A stretch of 64,000 nt of DNA from Cyanidioschyzon merolae (lineage: Eukaryota), in NCBI GenBank assembly GCA_000091205.1, contig AP006497.2; one strand, written 5' to 3'. The position numbers were made by a program, and so were the translations under genes. The notes under the pieces were generated by a model that was not told the origin of the DNA, searched no databases, and saw nothing but the letters and a program-made list of their open reading frames with translations. Positions within the stretch are counted from its first letter, which is position 1, and the number at the start of each line of letters is the position of its first letter. This document shows, in pieces, positions 29,245 to 39,388 of the stretch.

Positions 29245-30413
29245 GTATGAGCGAAGCAGCAATCCTCGCGGAGGCGATTGAGAAGGGCTCGACCTTCGAT
29301 GAAAAGCTTGTCACACAGCACGCGAATTGGGTCCAGAGCATGTCGTTCTCGCCCACAGCGCGGTCGCTGCTCACAGGCTCGAACGACGGCTCCGTTCGAG
29401 TGAGTGACCCTCGAACGGGTGAGAATCGGCTTGAGCTTCGGGGCGACTTTGGTGGTCAGGTGTACGCGTCGCTCGTAACGCCGACTTCAGACGCAGTGGT
29501 CGTGGCCTGTGGTGACGGCAAGATTTACGTCTACGACACCGAGACGGTCAAGGGCCCCCAGAAAGAGGTGCGTCTGGCGGCGCGCCTGCGTCGGACGATG
29601 GAGGCGCACGGATCGAATGCGGTGCTCTCGCTGGCGATAACGAAAGACGGAAGCACCCTCGTATCGGGGTCGGTCGGTCGCGATATCGTGAAACATGACA
29701 TGAAGAGCGGCGAGGAGCTCGGACGGTTTGTAGGACACGAGGGCTACGTGTATTCTCTCGCGATTTCAAGGGATAATACGCTGCTTGCTTCTGGATCTGG
29801 TGATGAAACCGTGCGGGTATGGAATATGAAGGAATGCACCTGTATCCACACGCTTACGGAGCATATTGGTTGGGTATGGGGCGTTGATTTCCACCCCAAG
29901 CGAGATATTTTGGCCTCTGGTTCGAATGACCGGACGATTTGTCTGTGGAATCCTCAGACTGGAGAGCTGCTCCAAAAGATCGAAACGTTCGAACACGTTT
30001 ACTGCTTGCAGTTCGCACCAATCACGGGCCGGTTTCTGCTCTGCGGAACCAGCGGAGAGAAACCACTACGTATTTATGATATGGAGAAAAACTATGCCGA
30101 GTATTTGATCAACAACACGAAGCAAGGGGGTCGAGTGTTCGCTGTCGCATTCGCCGCCTCTGAATCTGCATTCGCAGCCGGCTCCGAGGACGGCAACGTC
30201 GTGCTCTACCAACCCAAAATGCCGAGCGACAGCGCCAGTACGACGCGTCGCAGCGCGGCCGCTGCACGCCCGGCGGCCGAGCCCAGCCCAGTGGAAGATG
30301 CCGGTGCTGCTCGTGCGCCAAGCACGAAACGCACTGGCGGACGTCGCTCAAACTTTTGTAGCTGTTTTGGTGGTGGTGGTGGTGGTGGTGATGGTGGTTC
30401 CAGCCGCCGCTAA
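29245..30413 (+). CDS. WD40-repeat protein (about 7 repeats) with Gly-rich C-terminus
   Basis: Repeated xSGSxDxTVRVWN / LASGSNDRTICLWN units and GH..WD dipeptides. C-terminal CSCFGGGGGGGDGGSS. Confidence 0.8.
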
Positions 30414-31093
30414 GGCGAGCGCGCTACCGAGCAGGCCGCAGCACGCAGTACTTTTCGGTGGCAGCGAGCGCACACGCTATACTGCAATTTGGCGGCTAGA
30501 GAAGCGCCCCCGTAACCCATTGATATGCTCGCTTTGAGAGAGCCCGTCGTATCGAGGGCGGCTGTGGGTCGTTGTCGGTAGAGTATTAAGCAATAAAAGA
30601 TCTTGGTCGATATCGTGAACGTGTATCGGATTGATCCTCAGTCATCGTCGAGTTTGGTGTCGTTGCGGCAGTGCGAGTCTTCATCGAACGGCACCGTCTA
30701 TGCTGCCGACACGCGAGAATACCCGTCGAGCACACTCCTGATCCCGGGCTTGGTGCCGGCACCAAACCCGTATGCCAGACATCCAATGAGCATCCTAGCT
30801 GGAAACGGGATGCTGCCAGGGACCCGCTCAGGGCCATGCGGCAGCGACACTCCTAGATGTCATGGTGGCGGTACCCGCTGGGCTACGTGACTCGCCCGGC
30901 TACACGACAGATCCGCGCCATCGCGGTGGCATCGATAACGACTGTTTGTTCACATATTATGCATATAATTTCATATTTTTCTATTTCTGGACAATGTGCG
31001 CGGTGAGACACGCAGGACACCGCTCGTGTCACACGGACCGAAGGTCACGTTCCCAGCGACTGGCGTGCGCGCCGCGGAGCGAGACGCATTTGA

Positions 31094-33643
31094 ATGCCCG
31101 TACGCGCTCGGTGCTGTTCTGCGAGAACTACCAGGCTTGGTATGACAGGAGCAACCTGGAACCAGGGCCCGTATGCAACAAGATACACACCAAGGACTAG
31201 AGATAGGCTCTCAGCACTCGGTCGCCAGCTTTTGGATGCCAGATATGGCCGCTCACGAGAGTCACACGCCACAGTTCCGACAGCTTCATCTGTAGCCGGT
31301 GGTAACTTTGAGCACAGCGCGGCGTATACTGGGCGCTTTTATGACAGAACCGGAGTGGCTGTAGAGGGTAGCGTATTGAAATCCTCAACGACGGCGAATG
31401 ACCTGGATGCGGAAGGCTTCTTGCGAGCGCACACTTCTCGAATGTCGCTCTGTAACGATGGTGCGCAGCGCTCGCTTCTCGCTGACCAGAGCTCGATGGA
31501 CACGAGCTCCCCGGTGTACCATGGTATAGCGGCCGCCAACGTAGGTGAACGAGACACAGAGCCGTTTATAAAAGAGCCGAATTTCTGGATCACAACCGGC
31601 TCCAAGCCAGCGGTCACGCGGGCGGGGCGCGGCTCCCGAGCCGCTTTGGAGCCGAGGCCGCAGCCAGTGCTGCATCGACTGCACACCACGGATAGGGTCC
31701 TGGACAGTGCTACGATCACATCGCCAGCAACCGGTAGTGACCTGTCTCCACAACGCTTCCAGAGTTCGCTCCAAGCCTGTGTTGCAGGCAGCGCACCTGC
31801 AGATACGTCGCCTCGTGCATCCGCCACGATGCCGCAGGCGATCGATGCGAACCGTCGGATGCTCTACGCAAACGCTTCCCCCGCATGGAATCGTGCGGTA
31901 CCCGAAGATAACAGCGAGAACAACGACCTCGATTCCATAGACGCAGCATCCAGTTTGGATCCTGCTTCAGAGCGAGATTTCTATGACGAGATTGCGACGG
32001 GGAGGCGTCACGACATGAGTGCTAGACTTGAGGCTCTTTCCCCCGATCGAGCGCCGAGTGTCTCGGCGTGCAGCTCAAAGAGCTCCCCGCGTTCCCCAGT
32101 GGCGTCCAAGAGCTTTGCGCAGTTGCCTGATCCAGTCGCAGGACAAGCATTCGAATGGACAGAGGCGTGCGATCCGTTCACCGATGACGGCAGTGTAGAG
32201 GATACGTCCTCGAGATTTTCCACAGGTGAAATAACCCAGAGGCTGGAGCTTTTGCAACAGTTGCAAGAGCGCCTCGAACGGATCCGTGAAGACCTGAGGC
32301 ATCAATTCGAATCAGATTCCCCGCCACGAGCGCACACTCGTGATCAAAATCAGTCGTTCGAACACGATCCGAAATGGAGGCTTATCTCAGAACATATTCG
32401 GTGTCTGCGTGAGTTGTGGCGGCACGAGTCAAACCAGGCCAGCGAACTGCGTTCGGTACTCGCAAAGCAGCAGCAACAGCAGCAGCGACAAGAGAAGCAT
32501 GCAGGCCAGTGCTCAAGATATGGAGCTGCAGGGGTACCCGCGCCAGCCCGCTCACCCCGTCTCCAAGCTAGACAATCATCACCGTTGACAAGTCGCATGT
32601 CTGCCTCTTTTGAGCGGTCTCTACTGCCCGAAAATGAAAACATGGACCCCAGTTCCAGCTGCGCCATGCAAAACTGCGAGGGCTCACATCACCAGCACCG
32701 TTTGACGGGCGGAAACTTCGCGTCGTCAGTCAACTCAAGAACACTCGTAGAGCGTGCTGCGTGCACCCACAAGTCCAAAGAGGCGGCGAAAAAGCACCTA
32801 GCCGGCGGCAAACGCGTTTGCTCGACTCGTGACGCAAAGATGCCCGTTCGCGAAGCAGGTCGAGCAGCTCGCCAAGAAAACCGAGCGCGTGCAGTGGTTG
32901 TGTCTGCTTCGTGTAACCAGAAACCCGGTGCACACAATGATGAAGTGAGCTCGCAAACGGTTTCAGCGGCAGCACCGATGCACCTTCTGGCTAACGAGGC
33001 CGCAGCGAGGCATGCACACGTGTCGAAGGGAGCCACCGACACGTCACTGAGCAAAATCCCTGCTCGACGCTGTGAGCGCTGCGCGTCACGGCTCAGTCGC
33101 ACTCGCCAAAAGTTGCGAGTTGCGGTTCACGCTTTGGTTGCAATGCTGCGGTTGACAAAGCGCGTCCATCGAAGCAAATCTTCGCCCGAGCCGAAAGCTC
33201 CAAACTTCGCCTCTCCTGGGCGGCGAGAACAAACGCCCTCGCACCGAACAAGAGCAGCGAGCGCTTGTTTGTCAGTTGCCCAGGCTGCGGAAAACGAGTA
33301 CGAGCCGACGTTTCCAAGCCACCGAGCGACACGTTTCTCTGCACCGTTATCAGCGCAGCCGACTACTCAGTTACTCGAGTCCTCGTCCGAGCAAGCCGAC
33401 CCAGTGCAGGCACGAGCCAGGCGTCGAGGCAACGAAAGCTGTGACGGTCGTAGAGCGCGGGCGCTATTCCAGGCGCCGCCTTGCGGCAGAGACCCCCGAC
33501 GTGCCGACGTTCGAACAGTCTGTGTATACCGCCAGGCACTGCGGCGGGTTCTTCGCCGACTCATAAGCCTCACCGCAAGCTCGACTGCAACTGCGTCCAG
33601 TCCCGCACAACCAGCGGAGAACGCTGTAGCATCTGAGCGTTGA
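31094..33643 (+). CDS. Hypothetical low-complexity (S/A/R/Q-rich) protein with poly-Q tract
   Basis: 849-aa uninterrupted ORF from an ATG. No recognisable domain. Contains QQQQQQRQ encoded by the CAG repeat at 32466-32487. The coding call rests on length alone in GC-rich DNA. Confidence 0.4.
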   Translation: MPVRARCCSARTTRLGMTGATWNQGPYATRYTPRTRDRLSALGRQLLDARYGRSRESHATVPTASSVAGGNFEHSAAYTGRFYDRTGVAVEGSVLKSSTTANDLDAEGFLRAHTSRMSLCNDGAQRSLLADQSSMDTSSPVYHGIAAANVGERDTEPFIKEPNFWITTGSKPAVTRAGRGSRAALEPRPQPVLHRLHTTDRVLDSATITSPATGSDLSPQRFQSSLQACVAGSAPADTSPRASATMPQAIDANRRMLYANASPAWNRAVPEDNSENNDLDSIDAASSLDPASERDFYDEIATGRRHDMSARLEALSPDRAPSVSACSSKSSPRSPVASKSFAQLPDPVAGQAFEWTEACDPFTDDGSVEDTSSRFSTGEITQRLELLQQLQERLERIREDLRHQFESDSPPRAHTRDQNQSFEHDPKWRLISEHIRCLRELWRHESNQASELRSVLAKQQQQQQRQEKHAGQCSRYGAAGVPAPARSPRLQARQSSPLTSRMSASFERSLLPENENMDPSSSCAMQNCEGSHHQHRLTGGNFASSVNSRTLVERAACTHKSKEAAKKHLAGGKRVCSTRDAKMPVREAGRAARQENRARAVVVSASCNQKPGAHNDEVSSQTVSAAAPMHLLANEAAARHAHVSKGATDTSLSKIPARRCERCASRLSRTRQKLRVAVHALVAMLRLTKRVHRSKSSPEPKAPNFASPGRREQTPSHRTRAASACLSVAQAAENEYEPTFPSHRATRFSAPLSAQPTTQLLESSSEQADPVQARARRRGNESCDGRRARALFQAPPCGRDPRRADVRTVCVYRQALRRVLRRLISLTASSTATASSPAQPAENAVASER

Positions 33644-33781
33644 ACGCTGTGGTCGGTAGTCGCAGGCCTCGTTCGTTGAGATCGCCGGGTCTGTCTTCGC
33701 GGTCATCGAAGCACCGACGGACACTGATCCAGCGTTTTTCTTGTACCACACATGCCTGTGCGATAAACCAAGGCGACGCGT

Positions 33782-34540
33782 ATGTTCCGCAGTGTGCTCG
33801 TTGAAGCCGCTGTTCGAGTCGAGTCGCCGCTACTCGCTCATCGTCTCGAGGATGCGCTGTTGCACGCTTGCAAACAGCGCTTTTGCAGCCGCATTCTGCC
33901 GTCGCTGGGCGTTTGCCTCACGGCTTTGCGGATCTGTAAGCTGGTAGACGGGGCGGGAAAACAGTTGGCTTTGGAGATATGGCCTGTGGAGGTCTCCGGC
34001 GGTGGCCTACGAGCTCGAGTTCACGTGGAGCTCTTGCTGTGGAGCCCGCTTCCGCACGAGCTCGCTTTCGCTCAGGTCCGTTCCTGTAGCCGGTTTGGGA
34101 TACGTTTATCCATATTGAACGGATTCGATTATGCGTTCGTACCACCGGGGAGCATGCCGGAGCCATGCACCTATCACGAGGAGCAACGTTGTTGGAGCTG
34201 GCGTTTCAACGAGGACGATTTTGTCATCGGTGAGGGTGACTGGGTTCGTGTTCTCATTGAGCGTGTGGAGTATGCCACGGACAGCGCAATGGCCACTTTC
34301 GACAGTCCGGGTACTGTCGGTAGCGGTCCGCCGCTGCATATTCTGCCGCCGCCTGTACCCGTAGGAAGAACTGTTATGGAAACGGATCAAGCGAACGCAA
34401 CACCCGGAGCGCATCCCGAACATGCACCGCCGCTGGAAACGGAACCGCCAGAATTCTGGGAAACGCCCAGCATTCTACCACTGCGTGTTTGGGCACGCTT
34501 GGACGCACCCGGTCTGGGACCGATCGACTGGTGGTCGTAG
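33782..34540 (+). CDS. Rpb7/Rpa43-like RNA polymerase subunit fold (SHS2 plus S1-like), tentative
   Basis: N-terminal MFRSVLVEAAVRVESPLL...ICKLVDGAGKQLA and later GDWVRVLIERVEY resemble the Rpb7/Rpc25/Rpa43 pattern. Confidence 0.3.
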   Translation: MFRSVLVEAAVRVESPLLAHRLEDALLHACKQRFCSRILPSLGVCLTALRICKLVDGAGKQLALEIWPVEVSGGGLRARVHVELLLWSPLPHELAFAQVRSCSRFGIRLSILNGFDYAFVPPGSMPEPCTYHEEQRCWSWRFNEDDFVIGEGDWVRVLIERVEYATDSAMATFDSPGTVGSGPPLHILPPPVPVGRTVMETDQANATPGAHPEHAPPLETEPPEFWETPSILPLRVWARLDAPGLGPIDWWS

Positions 34541-34928
34541 AGTGCGCTGCGTCAAGCACCGAGGACACGAGCTCGTTACCCGACTCAACCGGTTGCAAAC
34601 GGTACCCTTGGACGCTCGACGAGGGCGATGGCGAGGTGTGCGCCTCCGTGTACCGCCCGCAAGTTCATGGAGCACAGCTGCAACGGGTCAAGTTTCGGTA
34701 TCACGTTGCTGGAACAGAAGCTCGTTTCACGCGCGTCAGGCGTGCGTATGTGCATGCTCGGGTATCGTATCTGGGAAGAGCAGGAGGAGGCGCGGCGGCT
34801 CACCCGGACTTGTTGTTGGGGCCGGTTTGCGGCTGCGTTTGCTGTCCGTAGCATCGACGCGCGGGCTGTTGACGAAGGCATACAATGTTGCTGATCGAAT
34901 GCGCGCATGCGGTGGTGACTTTCAATGC

Positions 34929-34953
34929 AACAGCAGCAGCAGCAGCAGCAGCG
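34929..34953. repeat. (CAG)n microsatellite
   Basis: Eight CAG units. Confidence 0.85.
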
Positions 34954-35299
34954 AGCGGTAGCCAGCATCGGGAACCTCCATCAAACAGGATCACGATGTC
35001 TCTGAAGCGCACGCTGCTAAGGCGCCTCGATGAGCGCATTAGGAACGTGTGTGAGTGCATGTGGTGGCGATGGTGGTGGCGGTGTGTAGGTACACGGCGT
35101 CGCGTGTTTTCCTACACATCCGGTGCGAGTGTGCGCTTGCGCACAAGGACCACGAGCGCTGTTGCAAGGCACATTCTAGTCGATTGAAAATGGGACACGA
35201 AACGACGCGCTCTGATTCTGTGTTGAGATGTTGTCAGAGCTAGTGTTTCATTGGACAGCCTGGACATCAGAAATGTAGCGTGCTTGGATTACGGATGCT

Positions 35300-38200
35300 T
35301 AGATTTTTTTAGGATTGTCGATCGTGGTTTCGGAGTGGCTCCTGCGACGCCATGCCGCTGGTTTTCGTGATGCCGCTACGATCCGCATGATTCGTGACGC
35401 TTTTGCGGACGATTCCGGAAATAAATGATACCATGATTCCAGTTCACATGCACAAGCTTCTATGCTCCTCCGTTCCTTGCATATAGCATGCTTGGATCAT
35501 GCATTGTTTACGTTTTTGATCTCTCCGTTTCAACGCAACTCGCGCCGCTGAATCGACGACGAAAAGAGCTCGACGAAACCCCGTGAAGACCGCGTCACAA
35601 GATCGTACCACAAATTCACTAAACTTTTCATTCCAAATAATAAGTTCAATTCAAAAGATAAATCCTCCTCTAATTGCGGTCATCAACGAAGCTGCATTCG
35701 ACAACAGCGGCGGCATGATGCCTGTCACAGGAGGTGCTCCCCGAGGCTTCCGCTTTCTCTGTGAGGAAAATGGTAATGGACCCGGCCATGGGTCATCACA
35801 GGGATCGCTACTGATAGAGCGCGCGTCGACATATAAAGCGCGAAGCGAGCGTAGACGGATCGAAAGTTTTGGAGTTGATCTCCAGCCTGGGTTGCCGTCT
35901 TGGTGCCTGATTCATCATGGACGGTAACATCGCGTCCCAAACAGCCTCGATCTTGGAAAGCAGCGTGCGCTTGCACGACCAGCGGACAGGGTACTCACCG
36001 AGGATCTCGCGCAGAGGAAACCCGTAATCGTCGGGTACAGCACAACGCGCTGCATCAAAGGGAGGCATCTTGCAGCGCCCTGCGTACCGGTCAAGCGGTT
36101 GTACTGAGCGGTGAAGCGAGCGCTGACGAGCGATAAGCGGCGGTTCCTCAGCAGCAGCAGCAGCGATACTGACTTTTTCGATGACAAAACGTTTACATGG
36201 GCTATGGATCTCAGATTGCGGGATGGATATCGGTAATTGAACATGCGCCCATCATGAAGCATCTACATGAAAGATCCATCACCTGTACTTGCTCTCGGAT
36301 ATACTGGTCGTTTCGTGCGTTCTAGCGTGTGCCGAGTGCCTGTTTGGAGCACCCGCCATGCGCTTAGACCGGTGGGGCTGATGCATCACAGCGGCAAAAC
36401 AGCTTTGCCCTGCCAGCGAGGGCGTCGACTCGAGGTGTGATTCACTATTCACAGGATCGGAATTGGTGATCATTTTGGGAGCCTGCAAGCTGCGCAGACA
36501 GACGTACTTTATGCAGCGGCGCCAAGCGATATTCGAGAAGTCCACGACGACCAGGGCGACGCCTAGACGCAGGCTATGCGCTCCTAGTCCCAGAATAAAC
36601 TGCGATGCGGACGAGCTGCTCAGGTCTCACGAAACCACCTGCAACTGGGGCGAGCACGAAGCGCGAGCCCGAGACACTCGTCCGGCTCTCAGGACCTTCC
36701 GCCTAGAGGATAAACTTTAGACAGTACGGAAACCTCTCCCGCTTTTAACTTTATATCGTTGCTAGTTAGGAGTGAGCCTCCGTTCTTTGTTCCGTATTGC
36801 GCGCTCGACACGCCCACCTCCATACTTGGCTGGCTGGCATGAAACACGACGTGCATCTCGCCGATGAAGAGAAACGCGATCGCGATCATTCGTTGACTTG
36901 GTGCTCTAACAGACAAGTTGCGTTTGCGCAAAAGTCCTAGAAAAGTATAGTTTTCATTTCAATCGCGTTTCAACCCTCAGTTTAGTGTACGCAGGTGATT
37001 TTTCGCGGTTTACACCAGAAGCGTTCAAAATGGGTTCATGTTCAAGAAAATATAGGAAAGTGATGCACGTGCAAGTCGGGGATCCTGAAGGGCCCTTGCC
37101 GCCGGCTGGCGGAAAAAAACGAAAAACTTTGCCAATGGAATAGGAACAAAACAGAACGAAGAAGCAAAAGGGCGAGGCCCGACGTCAAAAGCTGCGCGAA
37201 AGACGACTATGCGACGAGACGCTGGCGAAAGCCTGTCTTGGTAACCATATCAAGGATTCGGACGAGCAAACATGCAACAAGTCATCCGAGACCGTGTCGA
37301 GTCGTACTCCATGAGTATTGTAAAGGATTCTTCAGGACTAATGCACTTGACGAAGGAGATGAATCGCGGCGTGACGGGCATCAAAACAGTCGAGGTTCCG
37401 GGAGAATTTTTCAACATCATCGTTATGCATCACCTGATGCTCGGCACAGGGGAAACGTCGAGGAGAAAGGAGCGAATGCATGCCCTCCACAAAATTACCC
37501 CGAATACCCTTTTCATCGGTACTCGATACCGGCGTGACTCGGATATTTACACGTACGGGGCGAAAAAGTACCTCACGAACCTAAAGAACCATATGAACAT
37601 GAACCTCACACGTTTCATGATACGTTCCGTCTTTGCGCTGGACCCGTGCCTCTTTCGCAAAGCGATAGACGGGTCACCATCAATGGCATCTCGAACGATA
37701 GTAAGAACGAACAGGAGATCGAACTCGTCGACAAGAAGACCTCGCACAGGAGCATGAATGAGGCTTCTGTCATCCGCGCGGCTATTCAAGAGCACCGTGC
37801 ACTCTTGGGGCTCGTTGACCCAGCAGAACAGGTATCAGAGGTGGAAAAAGATGGAAAAAGAAAGATGTTACCCACACGTCCTGCGCTATTTCGTGTATTT
37901 GGACCAAGAACTCGAACGCAAGGCTGGGATGGAGCAGGGTGTGGGGAAAAATGCAGAGTCGGTAGAACGGAAGGCTGCGCTTGCGGGTACGCGCTTCGAA
38001 GTCGTTCGGTTATGCGAGATCAAGTCGCACTTTGTGACAATCGACTCCAGAGTCCTTTACGGAATACTGAAGGAGATAAGTTCGGGGCTCGATGTACGCA
38101 ACAAGGAGTTCACCGGTGAAAATCGGGACACGTACTGGACGCATGTCTTCGACGGCAAGCGTCTCAATACGAGCCAGAAAAGGTATTCAGAGGTGTCATC

Positions 38201-39349
38201 GAAACTGAATGAGTAGCCATGTGTGTACACGATCGGCGCTTGAAGGCAGATCGTCATATCGTGCCTTCGGCTTCGCCCGTGACGAAGCATGAAGATGAGA
38301 AGCAGGCGGATCCCGCGACGCAGGAGGTTCAGGATACTGGCTTTGGCGGCGGCGCGGACCCTGCGATAACGAAGATCATAACGATCGCAGCACCGAAGCG
38401 TGCGGGAGATGGTGCTGATGGTAACCTGCGTCAGATAGACATGCGTCTCTTGAGGTTCTCGAGACCGAGATACTACCGAGAATCCGGTACAATGAATGCG
38501 AGGAAGAAAATCGAGACATGGAATGCAGGAGTCAAGGATCAGCTGGAAGCTATGAGCAAGGTGACGATCCGACATGCGGACTTTCAAGATCTGCCAGAGT
38601 TCATGGACACTCAAGCTGCTCATGTCGAGGAGCTGCGGAAAGAGTATCGAAAACAAAGGTGCGCTCGTCAGCGTTTGAATCTGTACAGAGAGAACCAGCG
38701 TGCATACGCCAACGATTTCAATCCGTTGAGCGCCTTGAAGGAGGACGAGCGTCAGAGGCTGGTAGAAGCGTATGGGGCAGGGCGCTAGCTGGCCCGAAAA
38801 GGGACTACGCCAGCTCCAACGACAAGAACACTCAAAGAGTGTACACGGCGTTTTGTTACGATACCAATAGGTGAGTTCCGAACATCGTATACACACCATG
38901 AAGTGAGGTGCGTACTTCAGAGGGTCGAGATGGAAACGTGCCAGCGGAGCCAAGAGGATATAAAAAAGTACAGACCGCTGACGGAGGAGCAAATGGGAAG
39001 GAGGGCAAAAGTTCGCGGACTCCTTGCATTCGTGAGTACAACCAGTGATGGCAAGAAACGCATGGAGTTTGTGAACCGAGACTTTAACGCCGCAATCAAC
39101 ATCAGAAGATGTGCGCAGCTGGAGAAAAGACCTCCAGAGTTGACACGAGAGAGAATTTTGTCAGACGACCTCTCAAGGTCGAAGTATACAAGAAAAAGTT
39201 GAAACCAGTAGCAGGTGGCCGGTCCGAAGAAAACTGGGACGCGTCTGCACCTCAGTTCGGGACGTCTTGTCAAGGGCGCTGTCGTCGCCACGTCTGTATA
39301 CTGGCGGCGGCGACGTTTGTTTTTCGAGAAGCGTTCGCTGGTATCAGCC
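35300..39349 (+). mobile_element. Fanzor/TnpB-like element copy FB: leader with about 300-bp inverted-repeat arms (about 35590-36020 and 36285-36720) and a CAG spacer, nuclease region, 3' module
   Basis: The leader at 35.9-37.06 kb aligns along its length with the F1 leader. The core 37064-39232 is about 98% identical to FA. The 3' module ends in 'gcgttcgctggtatcagcc' (39331-39349), a variant shared with F0. The 5' boundary is approximate. Confidence 0.65.
37272..39203 (+). pseudogene. TnpB/Fanzor-like RuvC nuclease, disrupted (copy FB)
   Basis: Same ORF pieces and same lesions as FA: stop after ..EAYGAGR at about 38786, and a frameshift near 39160. RuvC-I is GGGADPAITKIITIA. RuvC-III is NRDFNAAINIRR. 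Confidence 0.65.
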
Positions 39350-39388
39350 GTGGTCGCGCGTGTTTATTCGGTCTTCGACAGGCGCGAC

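Noticed and set aside
39215-39388. N-terminal 58 codons of track ORF 39215-40345 (MAGPKKTGTRLHLSSGRLVKG...)
   Set aside because: This part is an alternate-frame read-through of the FB 3' module. The host gene most plausibly starts at the first ATG after the element end (39389).
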